Made by a program: the position numbers and the translations under genes. The notes beneath the pieces were generated by a model, which made no database searches, was not told the origin of the DNA, and worked only from the letters and a program-made list of their open reading frames with translations. Positions 62,738-64,000 of a stretch of 64,000 bases of DNA are shown here, one piece after another. Every line of letters starts with the position of its first letter. The first letter of the stretch is position 1. Source of the DNA: Cetorhinus maximus (Eukaryota); the NCBI RefSeq assembly GCF_964194155.1, contig NC_135891.1, forward strand, positions 102,300,001 to 102,364,000, read 5' to 3'.

Positions 62738-64000
62738 ACTATATAGGAACAGAAGGCGGCCATTCAGCCCATTGAGTCTGCTCCGCCATTCAATATGATC
62801 AAGGCTGATTGAACACTTCGATGCCTTTTACCTACACAATCCCCATAACCCTCTATGTTATTGTTAATCAGAAATATATCAATCTCTACCTTAAACATAC
62901 TTAATGACTGAGCTTCCATGGCCCTCTGGAGTGGAGAATTCCAAAGATTCGCAACCCCCTTGAGTAAAGAAATTTCCCCTCATTTCTGTCCTAAGTGGTT
63001 GCCCCCTTACTTTGAAATTCTAGACTCCCCAACCAGGGGAAACATCTTACCTGCATCTACCCTGTCTATTCCTTTAAGTATTTTATAGGTTTCAATGAGA
63101 TTACCTCATTCTTCGAAACCCTAGAGAATACAGGCCCAATTTGCCCAATCTCTCTTCATAAGACAGTCCCACCACCTCCCAGAATAAGTCTGGTGAACCT
63201 TTGTTGCACTCCCTCTATGGCAATAATATGCTTTCTGAGGTAATGGGACCAAAATTGCACACAGTACTCCAGGTGCAGTCTAACCAAGCTTCTATACAAG
63301 TGAAGCAAATCCTCTTGCGATAAAGGCTAACATTCCATTAGCCTTCCTAGTAGCTTGCTGCACTTGCATGTTAGCTTTCAGTAACTTATGGACAAGGACA
63401 CCCAGGTCCCCTTGTACATCTACGCTTTCTAATCTCTTACCATTTAGGAAATAGTCTGCACATCTGTTCATTCTACCAAAATAAATAACCTCACATTTTT
63501 CCACATTATATCCCACCTGCCATGTTCTTGCCCAATCACTAAGTCTATCCAAATCCTCCTGTAGACGCTTTACATCTTCTTCACAACACACATTCCCGCC
63601 TAGCTTTGTATCATCTGCAAACTTGGAAATATTACATTTGGTCCCCACATCCAAATCATTGACACATATTGTGAACAGCTGGGGCCCAAGTGCTGATCCT
63701 TGCGTTACCCCACTAGTCACAGCCTGCCAACGCGAGAATGACCTGTTTATTCCTACTCTGTTTGCTGCCTGTTCGCCAATCCTTAATCCATGCCAGTATA
63801 TTGCCTCCTATTCCACGTGCTTTTATTTTGCTAATCAACCTCCTGTGGTGGACTTTATCAAAAGCCTTCTAAAGATCCAAGTATACGACATTCATCGCCT
63901 CTCCTTTATCAATTGTATTAGTAACATCCTCAAAAAACTCCAACAAGCTTGTCAAACATGATTTCCCATTCACAACTCAATGCTGACTGTGCCCAATCAG
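62738..64000 (-). mobile_element. CR1 LINE RT and 3' end, continuing past the window edge
   Basis: VTSGVTQGSALGPQLFTICVNDLD...SKFADDTKLGG...KCEVIYFGR. Confidence 0.95.

Noticed and set aside
57240-64000. REXO1 first exon or promoter
   Set aside because: No CpG island and no recognisable N-terminal REXO1 coding sequence; exon 1 is probably beyond the window.

Overview
Eukaryotic intron-rich DNA, most likely from a cartilaginous fish (shark), inferred from HE1-type V-SINEs, DeuSINEs, CR1/L2 LINEs and Penelope-like elements. The whole window lies inside one minus-strand gene, REXO1 (RNA exonuclease 1 homolog / Elongin A-binding protein 1). I traced 13 coding exons (probably exons 2-14) with canonical GT-AG sites and consistent phases, 3440 nt in total; the first and last exons lie outside the window. 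The introns are dense with transposable elements. Most notable: (1) a pol-less LTR element (4421-8199) with PBS and PPT whose body carries a decayed UACA-like host coiled-coil segment; (2) a ~3.1 kb LINE (19987-23100) whose 5' end is the tRNA-derived head of the HE1-type SINE, suggesting the SINE is an internal deletion of a Pol III-headed LINE; (3) Penelope-derived minimal hammerhead ribozymes, including ~200 bp fold-back mini-insertions with TSDs that invert at the ribozyme; (4) a perfect 147 bp inverted duplication near an exon. Family assignments come from recalled consensus and protein sequences, not database searches, and repeat boundaries are approximate.
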